A stretch of 64,000 nucleotides of DNA from the NCBI RefSeq assembly GCF_009914755.1, contig NC_060938.1. One strand, given 5' to 3'. The notes beneath the pieces were generated by a model. That model made no database searches. It was not told the DNA's origin and saw nothing but the letters and a program-made list of their open reading frames with translations. The stretch comes from the human T2T-CHM13v2.0 reference genome, Homo sapiens. A program made the translations under genes and the position numbers. This document shows, piece by piece, positions 45,600-58,490 of the stretch (position 1 is the stretch's first letter; each line of letters begins with the position of its first letter).

Positions 45600-46140
45600 T
45601 CACCATCATAGACCTCAAAGGCAGTCTTTACAGGATTCAGACAATACGTCCAACATAGGAAGTGTTATGGGTAAGGTGAGAGGGCTCTGGGGGGTATTAG
45701 TTATGGGGTGTGGATGGGTCAGAGAAAATTTCCCAGGGTAGGTAATATCTACATTGCTTGAGTAACAGTTATTCCTACGGTGTTACAGAGAGCCATGACT
45801 ACAAAAGCTCAGGGCTTAGAGAGAACCTGAGAGATTCTGCCAACTTCAGATACTTTTGCCTGGGTTGAATGTGGATGTGAAGGAGAGAAAATTGGTGAGG
45901 AACACCTCAGGGAACACATCATGTACCATATTAAAGAGATTGGATTTATCCTAAAAGCTACAGGGAGCTAACAAAGAAAGGCTGTAATGGAGGACACTGA
46001 TGTGTTCTGATTTGTGGCTCGCGCTGGTAACAATATCAAGAGTGGATGCAGGGCATGGGGATGTGACAGTTGTTGTATCAATTATTGCAGTAAATGACAA
46101 GGGCCAGAATTTAAACAAATATGAAATGTCAGTAGGGATA
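45600..46140 (-). mobile_element. L2 fossil
   Basis: ggatttatcctaaaagctacagggagc L2-like sequence. Confidence 0.55.
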
Positions 46141-46359
46141 GAATTTTTCTATCAAAAATAATTAGGCTTTCCAACTATGCTTAATAAATTTAATATGTTG
46201 AATAGCTTGCAGAGAATAAAATGAGTGTGTAGTGGATATAATGTGGAAGATACAGATCAATAGTACACATATTTATAAAGATATATTCTCCTCAGTCCAA
46301 GAATGAATATCATTTTGGCCAAAATCCATTACCAAGCAGCTGTGTTACCCACATTTAAT

Positions 46360-46500
46360 TCTGTGGGCTTTGCCTGTTTTAATTTGAACAGCAGAACCTG
46401 TGAGGTAGGGGCTCTTATTCCTCTTATAAGAAACTGAGTTATATAGAGGTGTGTGAGTTTCCAAGGCTTCATAGCAGATTCTGGAATGAAAACATGTCTG
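46360..46500 (-). mobile_element. MIR fossil
   Basis: aacctgtgaggtagg..aagaaactgag. Confidence 0.6.
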
Positions 46501-46509
46501 TCTTCAGAG

Positions 46510-47045
46510 ACAATGGTTGTAATAATTATGCAATATGCCCCATCTTCTAATTCAAATATTTGGAATGCTCTGCCTACTACTACAGTTAATTCCACACCAA
46601 AGCTGAAATTACTTATAGTAGGTAAGACTTCCATGAGCTAAGTGATTGAATCCTGGCTTATGTAAAGCCATCAGGTAATAGACACAGATTTAGCTGCAGG
46701 TGCCATGCTGCACATTTGCAGCTTAATGACCAAAGAGGGCTGATGAGTAGTCATGGTGGCAATCATTGCTACAAGGAAAGGAGATGGAAATGAGGACAGA
46801 CTGCTGTGATGGGAGACAGAGGTTGGAAGCACTAATATCATCAATATTAATGCCAGTTGCAATGTGAGCTCAGTGCCAGGGAGGCTGGTGAAGTGGACAC
46901 CCATGAGAGGCTAATAGCTACATCTAATCATCAAAGGGCAGATGTTAAATGTGATTCAGAGGAAAGTGAGAGGAAGTGCTAACAATGGCACAGATGAAGA
47001 GATAGGCTGATACACGTGGTGAAAATTGTCTAACACAAGCATTAT
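46510..47045 (-). pseudogene. Cadherin exon remnant (large; low-coordinate edge approximate)
   Basis: Strong acceptor ctcttctttcctccaag|; VLDNFHHVYQPISSSVP..., MGVHFT.., ISASNLCLPSQQSVLISISF..SND, NFSFGVELTVVVG..ELEDG; spans supplied ORFs 46671-46904 and 46329-46634. Confidence 0.7.
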
Positions 47046-47519
47046 CTTGGAGGAAAGAAGAGCAGAAGGGAGGGGAAGTTATTCCTCAAAATCCATAATT
47101 TTTTTTAATTAGTCCAAGCCAGGCGCAAGAAAAACAACATAACAAATATTTAAACACATTTACAAACCCCAATAATTAAACAAAAAGTCAAAGCAAGTGA
47201 TTTTTTTCAAAGGAAATACTGTGGTGTTATCATGGAAATATGTCTTTTAAAACATCTTTATCGAGTGAAAAAAAGAATATAAATAAAAATGGCAAAAAAA
47301 TCTCAATGCTGCCATTCTTTTTGTGTGTGTATCCACATATCTAGAGATCATCTTATATAGAGTGCCTCTTCTCATCTCCTTTGAGCTTTTGTGTTTTGTT
47401 GCTAAGGGATGTTGATGAGGCTAGCAGGAATTTATCATCAGTGTGTTGAAGTGGAAGATAGTAGATGTTGTTAATCTGTAGATTGTAGAGCTCTTCCTAC
47501 AGTGCTTCAATCAGTTTAC

Positions 47520-47761
47520 CTGTTAACACAAAAGATTCCTATTTCAAAAAATGCAAAACTGTACGTAATAGTGTGCCTGAGAGCATTCAAATGTATTTAA
47601 CTTTGACCTTCCTCATCACTTCCAATTGAGTAAACAATCTTCCAATGCTGCTAACAGCACCACTCAGTAATATTACTGTAACTAGTACAAGTCATATTCC
47701 CAGGCCAAAAGTAAAAATTTCTTAGGGTGTCTGATCTGTAGTTGCAGCAGCTAGTGAATTT
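47520..47761 (-). pseudogene. Cadherin exon remnant
   Basis: ggtag| acceptor, CAG|gtaaac donor; KIVYSIGSDEEGQ../LSGTLLRTVLHFLK*ESFVLT resembles IVYSI.SGNE.G.F.I...SG.L....LDYE..ESYVLT. Confidence 0.75.
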
Positions 47762-48639
47762 CTACCAGAGATAAATATTTTTAAAAGCAAAATTGAAACA
47801 ACCATCTCAACTATTCACAATCCGACAGCCAAAAGCTAAATTATCCTCCAAATTGGAGAGGAACTCTACCAAGACTGAAAATAAAAAGTTATGAAGACCT
47901 GGCTTATAGTAATGTTTAGCATTAGAGCAATTGTACTTTTTTATACAACAAGATACACATCACATTTACTTCATATAAATAAGAATAGATGAGATATGTG
48001 AAGAAGCGAAGTAAATTATGGGAAAAAATATAAGATGATAGACTATAAGGGTAAAACAGGTGCATTAATATTAAAAGTAGTGAAGACATAGATGTGAGAC
48101 TTTCATAAACAATATGTTATATATAAAACAAAACAGAAATACTGGAATGGCGGAAAGAAGAACAAGACTTCAGCAGCTTTAGATCCTAGTATTGCCCTCA
48201 ACTTGCATTATCCACTCCTATTCTTTATAAATCTCAAAAGAGCTTCTAATTTAGTTAAGTTGATTGCCTTCCATAAAGGTTATCTATATCCTCACCTAGA
48301 AGAGTGAAAGGAATGATGCAAGAAGTTAACAACTATTTGTTGAGTTAAAGAATTAATGTAGCCTAAAACAGGTCTTTTGATTCCTATACTTACAACTTTG
48401 TTTCTATATTTCACCTTTTAAGTCGTCTCTTTGAATGTTACTCAAATGATTCCAGATCCCTCTAAAAGTCCTTACCTATGGTAAGACATTTTTGGGCAGT
48501 TTTAGCCCCAAATAATTTACCTTGTAAAATTATATTTATTTTTGTTTCTATTAATGTAACAAATTATATACTGTATGAGAACATTTTAATGGTTATTTTG
48601 CGGTACATATGTATAGAGTCTTCAATGTTTGTATATAAG

Positions 48640-48996
48640 TGCTATGATCTGAAAGTTTGTGTCCCCCCAGAATTTACGTATTGAAACCTAATATGATGGT
48701 ATTAAAAGATGGAACCTTTGGGAGGCGATTAGGTCATGTGTGTAGGACGATTATGAATGGGATTAACGCCCTTATAAAAGAGACTCCAGAGAACTAGCTT
48801 GAACTTTTCATGTGAGGAAACAGCAAGAAGGTACCATCTTTAAACCAAAACAGGAAAGGGGCCTTCACCAGAAACAAAACTTGCTGGTGCCTTTATCTTG
48901 GACTTTCCAGCCTCCAAAACTGTGACAAGTAAATTTCTGTTTATGAGTTACCAAGTCTATGATATTTTGTTACAGCAGTTTAAACAAACTAGGACA
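48640..48996 (+). mobile_element. MLT1A0 solo LTR
   Basis: tgctatgatctgaaagtttgtgtcccccc...actaggaca. Confidence 0.85.
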
Positions 48997-49429
48997 ATTT
49001 ATGTATATCTATTCAATGTCATGGTAAGTTTTTTGAAAGTCAAGAGCTCATCACTATATATTTGGTATATTTACTTAGTGCCCAGCATATTTTTGTGTCA
49101 TGATATGTGTACAGAAACATTGAAAGAATAATGCAATAACCATTGAAACAAGGATGGAATTACAAAAAAAAAAAAAGAGAAAGAGCTCTGTGAAGACAAG
49201 TTCCAGACTCTTTTGCATATATTACTTAAGGAAATTAAAGAAAGTGATCATTAAATAATTTTTCTTCAAATTAAGTTAGAAGAGAAAATACTGATAATAC
49301 TACAACTACAGATTTGCTCAGCAAAGCATTTACAAAGATACTTTCCTATAGTAAGAGAGAACTCTTTCTAAAATTGGTGCTGTAAGCAGTTAAGTAAATT
49401 AAACAATAACCAAAACATTCAAGTACTAT

Positions 49430-50350
49430 TTTAACTTGATGCATCAAAAATTACATTAGCTTGTAAACAAATAATAAAAATATTTTTGTAAATTTTGCCT
49501 TTGTTTTTATTTGATATATCCATTTCAACAGACAAAATGCATACATTAGGTTTAACCCAATAAAATAAACTTGAAAGAATGGTTGGTAATAAACAAAGGA
49601 GGACAAAGAAAATGAGAGATGACATCATAAGAGAGTAACTGTGAACAATATCTTGAAAGTTGAAAAACACTGTCTTCAGTAGAACAAGGACAGCTGAAAC
49701 ATAAATGCTTACTAAAAGGGATAGTTATAAGAAACAAGCTGAATCACCATGTATGACATAAGAGATGCTCAGGATTGGACAACCTGTTGCTGTAGAAGAA
49801 TGAAATAAACTTAAGAATATACCTTGATTGAAACTCTGTGGAGCAGTTTGACTTCTGGCACGCCCACTGATCTAGTGGCAGCTTAAGCCATTCTATTCTC
49901 CAATCATCATAGAAAATCTGAGTTTTTTTCCTTATAGAAATTTGTTCTGAGTTGAGAATACTAGGCTGGTAAGAAGAGGCATAGGGATGACATGGTATTT
50001 CAGCAAGCTGAAGAGTATAAGCCACATCGTTTATGAACCAATTGACATTAAGTTCCCAATATTCACTGTTAGACCAGCAAAAGCCTGGCTTACTTCCTCT
50101 TCCCATTGCAGGAAGCTTATCACGCTCCAAGTACATCCCACCACAATCTGAGCTTGCAAGAAACTTTTAAATTCTTCATGATGAGATATGAGTGGAGAGC
50201 AATGATTTTTATACATTTGGTGAGAAAACTAACATCAAACAGAGTGACAAAAACAATTGAATTAATAACAAGAATAATTAATGGCAGGTCAATGAGCTCA
50301 TTCCAATTCAGTGTTTTACTTCTGGTGCTTACTATAAGTAATCCCAAGAA
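49430..50350 (-). pseudogene. Cadherin exon remnant(s), several overlapping frameshifted ORFs
   Basis: Supplied minus ORFs contain GLLIVSTRSKTLNWNEL..LIILV, IVFVTLFDV, AFAGLTVNIG, LKLPLDQW and DVISHFLCPPLF...FKFIL; an unusual cluster of 60-130 aa minus ORFs in AT-rich DNA. Confidence 0.55.
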
Positions 50351-50379
50351 AGGGAAGCAACGAGACAGCATTTAAGTTC

Positions 50380-53300
50380 TGATACTAAGTGGTAAAGATC
50401 TAACACCACTAAAGCTCACTTGCAAAAATTAGAAGAGGTGGCTGTCTCCTCAAATACATAGGCATCATTGTAAAGATGCAAGAATCTTGAAAACTCAGAG
50501 AAATTTAACATAACCAAAAAAAAAAAAAAAAGAAAGAAAGAAAGAAAAAAAAAAAAAAAACAATGCTCCAGCAATGAATCCAGAATTCAGGATCTCTGAA
50601 ATGTCTGACAGATAATTCAGAAGAAGTTCAGAGAATCACAAGAAAATACGTATAAAAAACTAAATAAAATTTGGAAAACAATACAGAAACAAAAGATAAT
50701 TGAGAAAGAAATAGAAACAATTAAAAAAGGAAATCCTAGAAATGAGTAATTTAATAACTGGACACAAACTCATTAGAAATTTTCAACATCAAACTTGATC
50801 AAACAGCAAAAGAATAAGCAAGCTTAATGACAGAACATATGAAATTACCCAATCAGAGGAGAAAAAAAAGAAAAGAATAAAAAAGAGTGAAGAAGGCCTA
50901 TGAGGATTATAGGACACATCAATAAATTAATATCCACCTACTATGAATTCCTGAAGGAGGTGAGAGAGAAAAAGGCCTTGAAAGCAATTTTAAGATAAAT
51001 AGTGACTGAAAATTTTCCAAATCTGGAGAAAGATGACAGCATTCAAACACAGGAGCCTCAGAGGACACCCATGAAATTCAACCCAAAGAGGAATTTCCCA
51101 AACACGTCATAATCAAATTAGTTTAAAAAAATAAGAATTCTCAAGGCATCTAGAGGAAAGAAACATATCACATTCATCGCAGCCCAAATAGGGCTTTCAA
51201 CAAATTACTCAGTAGAAACCTTGTGTGTCAGAAGAAAGTGGGATGCTATATGCAAAGTGCTAAAGAAAGAAAAAAAAAGTGCCAATCAAGGATATTGTAC
51301 ACAGCAAAGCTAATACTCAAATAAAAAAGAGAAATAAAGACTTTCCTTTCTCAGATAAACAAAAGCTGAGGGAATTTATCAACAGTAGGCCTGTATTACA
51401 AAAAAGTATTAAAAGGAGTTATTTAAACTGAGAGAAATAATAATGGACACTAACATGTAACAAAGAAACATCTAAAGGTATTAAACTCACTGGTGAAAAA
51501 ATAAAACAAATTCAGAATAGTTTAATACCTTAATTGGTGTAAATAAATCACTTGCATTTAAGTATAAAGAATAAAAGATAAAACTATTCAAAAGAATAGT
51601 AACTACAACAATTGGTTAAGAGATAAGTCATATAAAAAGGTATAAAATGAAACATCAAAAAGAAAAAAATGTGGTGCTAACCTGAAGAATTTCTTTTCGT
51701 TGCTTTTATTTGTGATTAAAGTTAAGTCATTATCAGTTTAAAAACTAATTATAAGATTTTTTTTTGTAATTCTCATGGTAACCACAAAGCAAAAACCTGT
51801 AATAGATATACTAAAAGTAAATAGCATAGAATGCAAACATGCTAATAGACAAAATCACTTAACCACAAGAGAGGTAAAAAGGAAGAAATGATTTGCAAAA
51901 TAACCAGAAAACAAATAACAAAATATAAACAGTAAACCTTTATCTAGCAATAATAACCTTGAATATAAATGAATTCAACTCTACAATTAAAAGTGATAGA
52001 GTGGCTAAATGGATTTTAGAAAGACTCAAGTATATACTGTGTACAAGAGACTCACTTCATTTATAAAGATACTCACACACCGAAAATAAGAGGTGGAAAA
52101 ATATATGCCAGGAAAATCAAAGACAAAGAAAAGTAAGAGTAGCTATACTTAGACAAGATAGACTTTAAGTCAAGAATAGTTAAAAACAAAAAGGCACAGA
52201 AGACCATTATGCAATGATAAAGAGGTCGATAGAGAAAGAAGATATAACAATTGTAAATATATATGCATCCAAACACAAGAATATGCAAATACATAAAACA
52301 AATATTAACAGACCTAAAAGGAGAAATTGGCTGTAATATAATAATGGTAGAAAAGTTCAACACCCCACTTTAAGCAATGTACAGATTATTCAGCAGAATT
52401 TTTATTTAAAATTGAATTTAAACTTCTCTCTAGACCAAATGAACCTAACAGATATTTATATAACATTCCATCCAACGGCTGCCCAATACACAATTTTCAC
52501 AACAGCTTATAAAACATTCTCCAAAATAGAACATATGTTAGGTTACAAAACAAGTCTGAACAAATTTTTAAAAATGGAAATCATATCAAGTATATTCTCT
52601 GACCACAATGGAATAAAGTTTGAAATCACAACAGAAGGAACATTGGAAACCACACAAATTTATGGAAATTAAACAGTATGTTCCTGAACAATGAGTAAGT
52701 CAAAGAAAAAATTAAAAACAAAATTTAAAAATTCCCTGAGACAAATGAAAATGGAAACACTCTTACCAAAACCAATGGGATACAGCAAAAGCAGTTCTAA
52801 ATGAGAAGTTGGTAACTATAAGCACCTACATAAAAAAGTAGAAAGACTTCAAATAAAAAACCTAATGATGTACCTCACAAAACTAGAAAGCAAAAACAAG
52901 CCAAACCAAAATTAGTAGAAGGAAAGAAATAATAAAAATCAGAGCAGAAATAAATGAAATTGAGACCAAAAATGCAAAAGATCAACAAAACAAAAAAGTT
53001 GTTTTTTTAAAAAAACAAAATTGGCAAACAATTTACCAGATTCAGAAAAAGAGAAAAGACCCAAATAAATAAAATCAGAGACCAAAAGGAGATTTAAAAG
53101 TGATGCCACAGAATTACAAAAGATTATCACAAATATAAAAAAAAATGCCTACAAATCATAAAACCTAGAAGAAATGGATACATTTCTGGACTCACACGAC
53201 CTACCAAAATTGTACCAAGAAGAAACAGAAAACCTTAACAGACCAATAATGAGTAATGAGATTGAAGCACTAATAAAAAGTTTCCCATTAAAGAAAAGCA

Positions 53301-54742
53301 CAAGACCTGATGGCTTTACTGCTTAATTCTATCAAACATTAAAAAAATACTAATACCATTTCTTCTCACACTTGTCCAAAAAACTGAAGAGGAGAGAATA
53401 CTTCCTAATTAATTACACAAGGTCAGGGTTATCATAATACCCAAACCAGGCAGGAACTCAGCAACGACAAAAGCTACAGGGTAGTATTTACGATGAGCAT
53501 AGATGAAAAATTATACACAAAATACCAGCACACCGAATTCAACAACACATTAAAAATCATTCATTATGATCAAGTAGGATTCATCCCAGGGATGCAAGGA
53601 TGGTTCAACATATACAAATCAATAAACAAAACACATCACATTAACATATCATCAGTGCAATGCAAATCGAAACCGCAATGAGATAGCATCTTGCCCCAAT
53701 TAAAATGGATGTTATAAAAAAGTCCAAAAGTAGCAAATGCTGGTGAGGGTGCAGAGAAAGGGAAACACTAGTATTTTATGACTGACAATGTATAATAAAT
53801 TAGTATAGTTACTGTGAAAAACAATTTCGAGCTTCCTCAAAAAACTAAAAATGGAACTATCAGACAGGTGTAGTGTTGCACAACTGTAGTTCCTGCTGCT
53901 CAGAAGACTAAGGCAGGAGGAAGGCTTGAGCCCAGGAGTTTGAGGATGCAGTGAGTTATGATCACATGACAGCACACCAGCCTGGATGACAGAGTGAGTC
54001 CCTGGATGACAGAGTGAGTCCCTGTTTCTACAAAAGACATTAAAAATAAATAAATGAAAGTAGAACTACAATATAATCCAGAATTCCACCACTAGGTATA
54101 TAACCAAAAGAAAAGCAATTAGTATATGTTGAATACGTGTGCTTGTTTATTGCAGCATCATTCACAGTAGCCAAGATACGGAATCAAACTGTTTATCAAT
54201 TGATAAACAGATTTTGTAATATACATAATGGAATATTATTCAGCCATAAAAAATGAAATTTTGTCATTTGCAGCAACATGGATGAAATTAGAGGACACTA
54301 TGTTTAGTGAAATAAACCATGCACATTAATAACAAATATCACACATTCTCACTCAGATGTGAAAGCTCAGACGTTGCTCTCATGGTGGTAGAGAGTAAGA
54401 TGATGGTTACCAGAGGCTGTGAAGTACTGAGGAAGGGGGGATAAAATGAAGCTGGGTAATCAACACAAAAATACAGTTAGATAGAAAAAGTAAGTTCTAG
54501 TCTTTGCTAGTGCAGTTGAGTGACCGTAGTTAGCAATAATTTATTGTACATTTCAAAATAGCTAAATAATAATATTTGAAATATTCCCAATACAAAGGAG
54601 TGGCAAATATTTGAAGCAATATTACTGACAGATACTGATATTTATCCTAATTACTCTTGATTTAATCATTATATGTTGTATACTTGCCTCAAATTACTAC
54701 ATGTACCCCATAAATATGTACAATTATTATTATTAATAAAAA
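50380..54742 (+). mobile_element. L1MA4-like LINE (ORF1, ORF2 with internal deletion, 3'UTR)
   Basis: ORF2 remnants (DQMNLTDIY, IIHYDQVGFIPGMQGWFNI); L1MA4-like 3'UTR with aataaa. Confidence 0.88.
53862..54055 (+). mobile_element. Free Alu monomer (FRAM/FAM-like) with an internal 20-bp duplication
   Basis: Right-monomer sequence; cctggatgacagagtgagtc x2 (53981-54020); degenerate TSD aaaatggaacta/aaagtagaacta. Confidence 0.8.
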
Positions 54743-54769
54743 AGAATTACAGCTAGAATAAGTTTAAAC

Positions 54770-56215
54770 ACATCAAATATGGTAATTTTTTTTGCTTTTA
54801 TAATAATACTAAACAACATCAAACAATGATTTTAAAAGTATTCTCTTTGATTAAACTTTGAGGATGTTTGGGAAACAACTCACTATTTTGAAAACTAATA
54901 AATAAGGGAATATTAAACATTCCATTATTTCCTATACAAACTATGCCTCAGGGTCAGCAAATAGTTGATGATAATTTTTTTTCTTTATGAAAGTTTTCCA
55001 GCTAAATTATGGAAAAGAAAATACATAATGGAAACAGTACAGAAGAGAGGGACATATTTTAAATGACATCATATGGATTTAACTGAAACCTGAAGCATCA
55101 GAATTGAAATCTAAAGCATCAGAAATCATAGTAGGAGACAAATCAACTAATTTGCTCATCAAGTAAGTTGATAGGAAAAAAATGAAACATGTTCATTGAG
55201 AAATGTGAGACTGTTAAGAAGAACATCCACCTAGATCTTATTTGGATCATCATTTAAACACACACACAATGCACACACACTCACAGACACACACACAGAC
55301 ACACATAAAATCTGGGAAATGGGTCATTCACTGTATTAAAAAAATTGACATCTTTATGAGTTTTGTTAGTTTTGTTTGGGGTCTCCAAGAGCACTGCCAG
55401 ACTCAATGATTTACAAAAAATATCTCACAAGACTCAGAAGAGTTATTATATTTACCGTTATAATTTATCATAGTGAAATGATACAATGTAAAATCAGCTT
55501 ATGGGGAAAAGTTAAAAGAAGCCAGGCACACACTTCCAGGAGTTTTATCCTCGTGCAGTCTTAAGAACACACTTAATTCTCCCAGTAATTACATGTGACA
55601 GTATGTGCAAAGTCTTATGACTCAAAGAAGCCTTCCTGAGGCTTGGTATCCAGAGTTTTGGTTGGGCATCTGTCATGTATGCATGACCTAAGCTATTCTG
55701 ACATGAAAACTGATCTAAGCTACTCAACCTCCAAAAACAGGTGTTCACATAAATCATAGTGTTAGTATAAATTATCTGATCAAACTGTTACTACATGGCC
55801 CAAAGCCTGAAGCATACAAAAATCCTTGTCTTAAGAAGAATATTCCAAGGGCTTAGCATGCATCTTCTAGAATCCAGCCAAGAACCATTCCTAAAGACAG
55901 ATCTTTCTTGAGAATGTGTGGGGTTTCAGCAAGCCAAGCGTGTTGAGTTGTCACTTCATTGCACAGTTGTGATAATAACATTTCTATTATATTAAAAATA
56001 ACTTTTATCTTCTAGAGGTTATATCAAAATATTTAAATATAAAATATGATGCCTGGGGTTTGCTTCTAAATTATATTATGGAAAAAAAGGAAGTTTGTTG
56101 GCTTTTAGATAAGATTGTTCATAATTTGAATTACTAAAGCCTTGTAATAAATACTTGGGGATTAATATATTATCCTCTCTACTATAGATTTGTAATTTTC
56201 AATAATAATTTAAAA
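54770..56215 (+). mobile_element. L1MC-type 3' fragments split by MER77
   Basis: caactcactattttgaaaact; atgatgcctggggtttgctt. Confidence 0.55.
55364..55965. mobile_element. MER77 LTR
   Basis: ggggtctccaag..gactcagaagagttatta..aaaatcagc...ttgcaca. Confidence 0.75.
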
Positions 56216-56574
56216 GTATACATAAAATACAATTAACCTTATAGGACTCCTATGGGTGTAGCTGGGCACCTCACTCCTCTCCAAATTGGAGAGAAGACTG
56301 GAGGTTTACTTTCTGTTATACTATTGGAACTCAGAACTGAGGAATGGCATGCTAGGATGAAGATGCTCCATTTAAAAGAGGAAAATTAATGAAAGTCTAA
56401 TATTTAACTTTAAGATCTAACATCTAATTAATGAACAATCTCAAGTTATTGAATAGGTGAACGGGCGGTGCGGGCGGTGGGGAGGTGGATTATTAAACAA
56501 ATAATTTAAGAAAGCTTTCCAGAACTAAAGGATGTATTGCCTATGGTGTGTCTAAAATTCAAAAAGTATCACCA

Positions 56575-57240
56575 AGCATATGACTTTTTTAATGGCTGCC
56601 TGTGCAAGATGCAGCAGTTTAATTTTCATTTTAGAAGAAATATGTCAACATCTTCCACACAAAGTTCATACAATTTCATCAGGCTGTTGTTGTGCCTCTG
56701 AATTTTTGTGGGGGATTCTTTGAGACCATGCTAAATAGCCTGAGCTTTGGTAATTCATTCACTGGATTTAGTATTCATTGATGATGGTTGCCTAAATAAA
56801 TTATTTATGACAATTGGCTAATAATGTTGTTCTAATTCCTTAATGCCTTCTATATTGATTAGTTAGCATTCTACTGTAAGGCAAATATTTTCTTCCCCTC
56901 CTCTATGTTATTATTCTGTTTCTTTATGTAAGTATACACCATGTCAATAGTCTATTACTACTAATATTTGTTTTGATGTTCAAAGGTCACAGATTGTCCA
57001 GCATTAGAACTTTCAGGAAACCTCCTTCATTCTTCTGAGACTTCCTAATCCTTATTTCAGCATTTTGTTAGCACATGGTATTCTAGGTTCGTCTTTGAAT
57101 TTTCCCTGCTCTAGTACTGAAATGATCAATTTTTCTAAGAGTATTTTAACAACCGAGGTCTGGCTTTTTTCCTCTAAGCTCTTACAGTTAGCAAAACTAA
57201 GAAATATATGTTTACATACACACATGCACACACCATAACC

Positions 57241-57297
<57 letters not shown>

Positions 57298-57420
57298 CTA
57301 TTTAAAATCATCAGTGCATTTCAATTTCTCCTAAACCAATCTGAAATTATTGGTTTTCTGTCTTCTCATATTTCTATATCACTTCTCTAACAACCAGAAA
57401 GCTGTTCATTATTATCCTCA
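56575..57420 (-). mobile_element. L1MC/MD fragments
   Basis: attagttagcattctactgtaagg; ttttgatgttcaaa..cagatt. Confidence 0.5.
57241..57296. repeat. (ATCT)14 tetranucleotide microsatellite
   Basis: Perfect GATA-type STR. Confidence 0.97.
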
Positions 57421-57661
57421 AACTCTCCTGTAGGTATTTTCTGAAAAGGTGGATTGCTGCTTCAAAGGACCTGGACCCAGAGGCCCTGTCCATGAATGTT
57501 TCTTGCTTGGTTCCGAGGCCACCAAACATACTGGCTGAGCCTTCTGTATTCACCCTGGCCTATCAATGCCATCTATGAGAGCAGCCACACTGAGAGAGCA
57601 GCAGCATGGAGCCTACTCAAGGGGTAAGTACATAAAAGGGCCCATTGGAATCTGTACTTAC

Positions 57662-57734
57662 GTTGACCAAATGCCACAGTGCAAGTGTTAAATTGAAATA
57701 CCTTGATCCATAATTTAGATTATACCTCAGTGTT
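57662..57734 (-). pseudogene. Cadherin exon remnant
   Basis: catacag| ... AAC|gtaagt; open frame TLRYNLNYGSRYFNLTLALWHLVN resembles LDYE..YFNLTV.A. Confidence 0.6.
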
Positions 57735-58224
57735 CTGTATGATTTTTTTTTAAAAAATAAAATTTAGAGAGAAATGTTTTAAAGTAACAAATTAGATGTT
57801 AAGGATTTTCTCCAAAACCTTACTTCAAGAAGAAGAAAAAGAAGTAGGAGGAGGAGTAGAAGAGGAAATCAATTCTTTTCCATGTAGTTTTCCTATCAAT
57901 ACTTCCATAATATGTAGTTCGAATTTTACAAGATCAGCTAGATGTTCACAAGGTAGAAAAACCAGAATGCAACTTGACTTATTTTATTAGGTGTGAAGAC
58001 ATTTGGCTTTAAGCATTTTTTAGTATTTATCTTTAGACTTTGTTTTCTTTTACCATTTGGTTCTCTGAGATAACATTATTATTTTCCTTTCTCCCCCCAA
58101 CAAAAAAGAAAATTACAGTAACTTCAGAATAATAGCTTTTACTAGTACCAGGCTTTGTTTTGATGCACTGAGAGTAAGGCCTTTAATCGGAGTATTTCAA
58201 AACTTCTATGGATATAAATCACCT

Positions 58225-58490
58225 TTACTTTTTTCCATTGTCACCTCTATTCAAACTTCATTTCACTCATACCCTCATCAAACTCATAAAATGCCATTTT
58301 GTCAATAGATGAGCACTTCAATATCCAAAAAGGTAAATGCAAGGTTTGCCAAGTTATCAATTCAGTTATGACTTTTGAACTTTAAACCTAGCAGCAAGAC
58401 CATTCTAATCCCATAGGAAGGAGGAGTTTAAAATAGCTTCAACAAATGTTTCCACAGGCAGACTTTTATCTCTGCCAAAAACTTCATCTG
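58225..58490 (-). pseudogene. Cadherin exon remnant (approximate edges)
   Basis: AEI/KSLPVETFVEAIL...D*NG resembles the EC start 'AEI.E.LPVGTFV..V.A.D.D.G.NG'; frameshifted. Confidence 0.5.

Noticed and set aside
57208-57390. ORF with SIYL repeats
   Set aside because: Translation of the (ATCT)n microsatellite.
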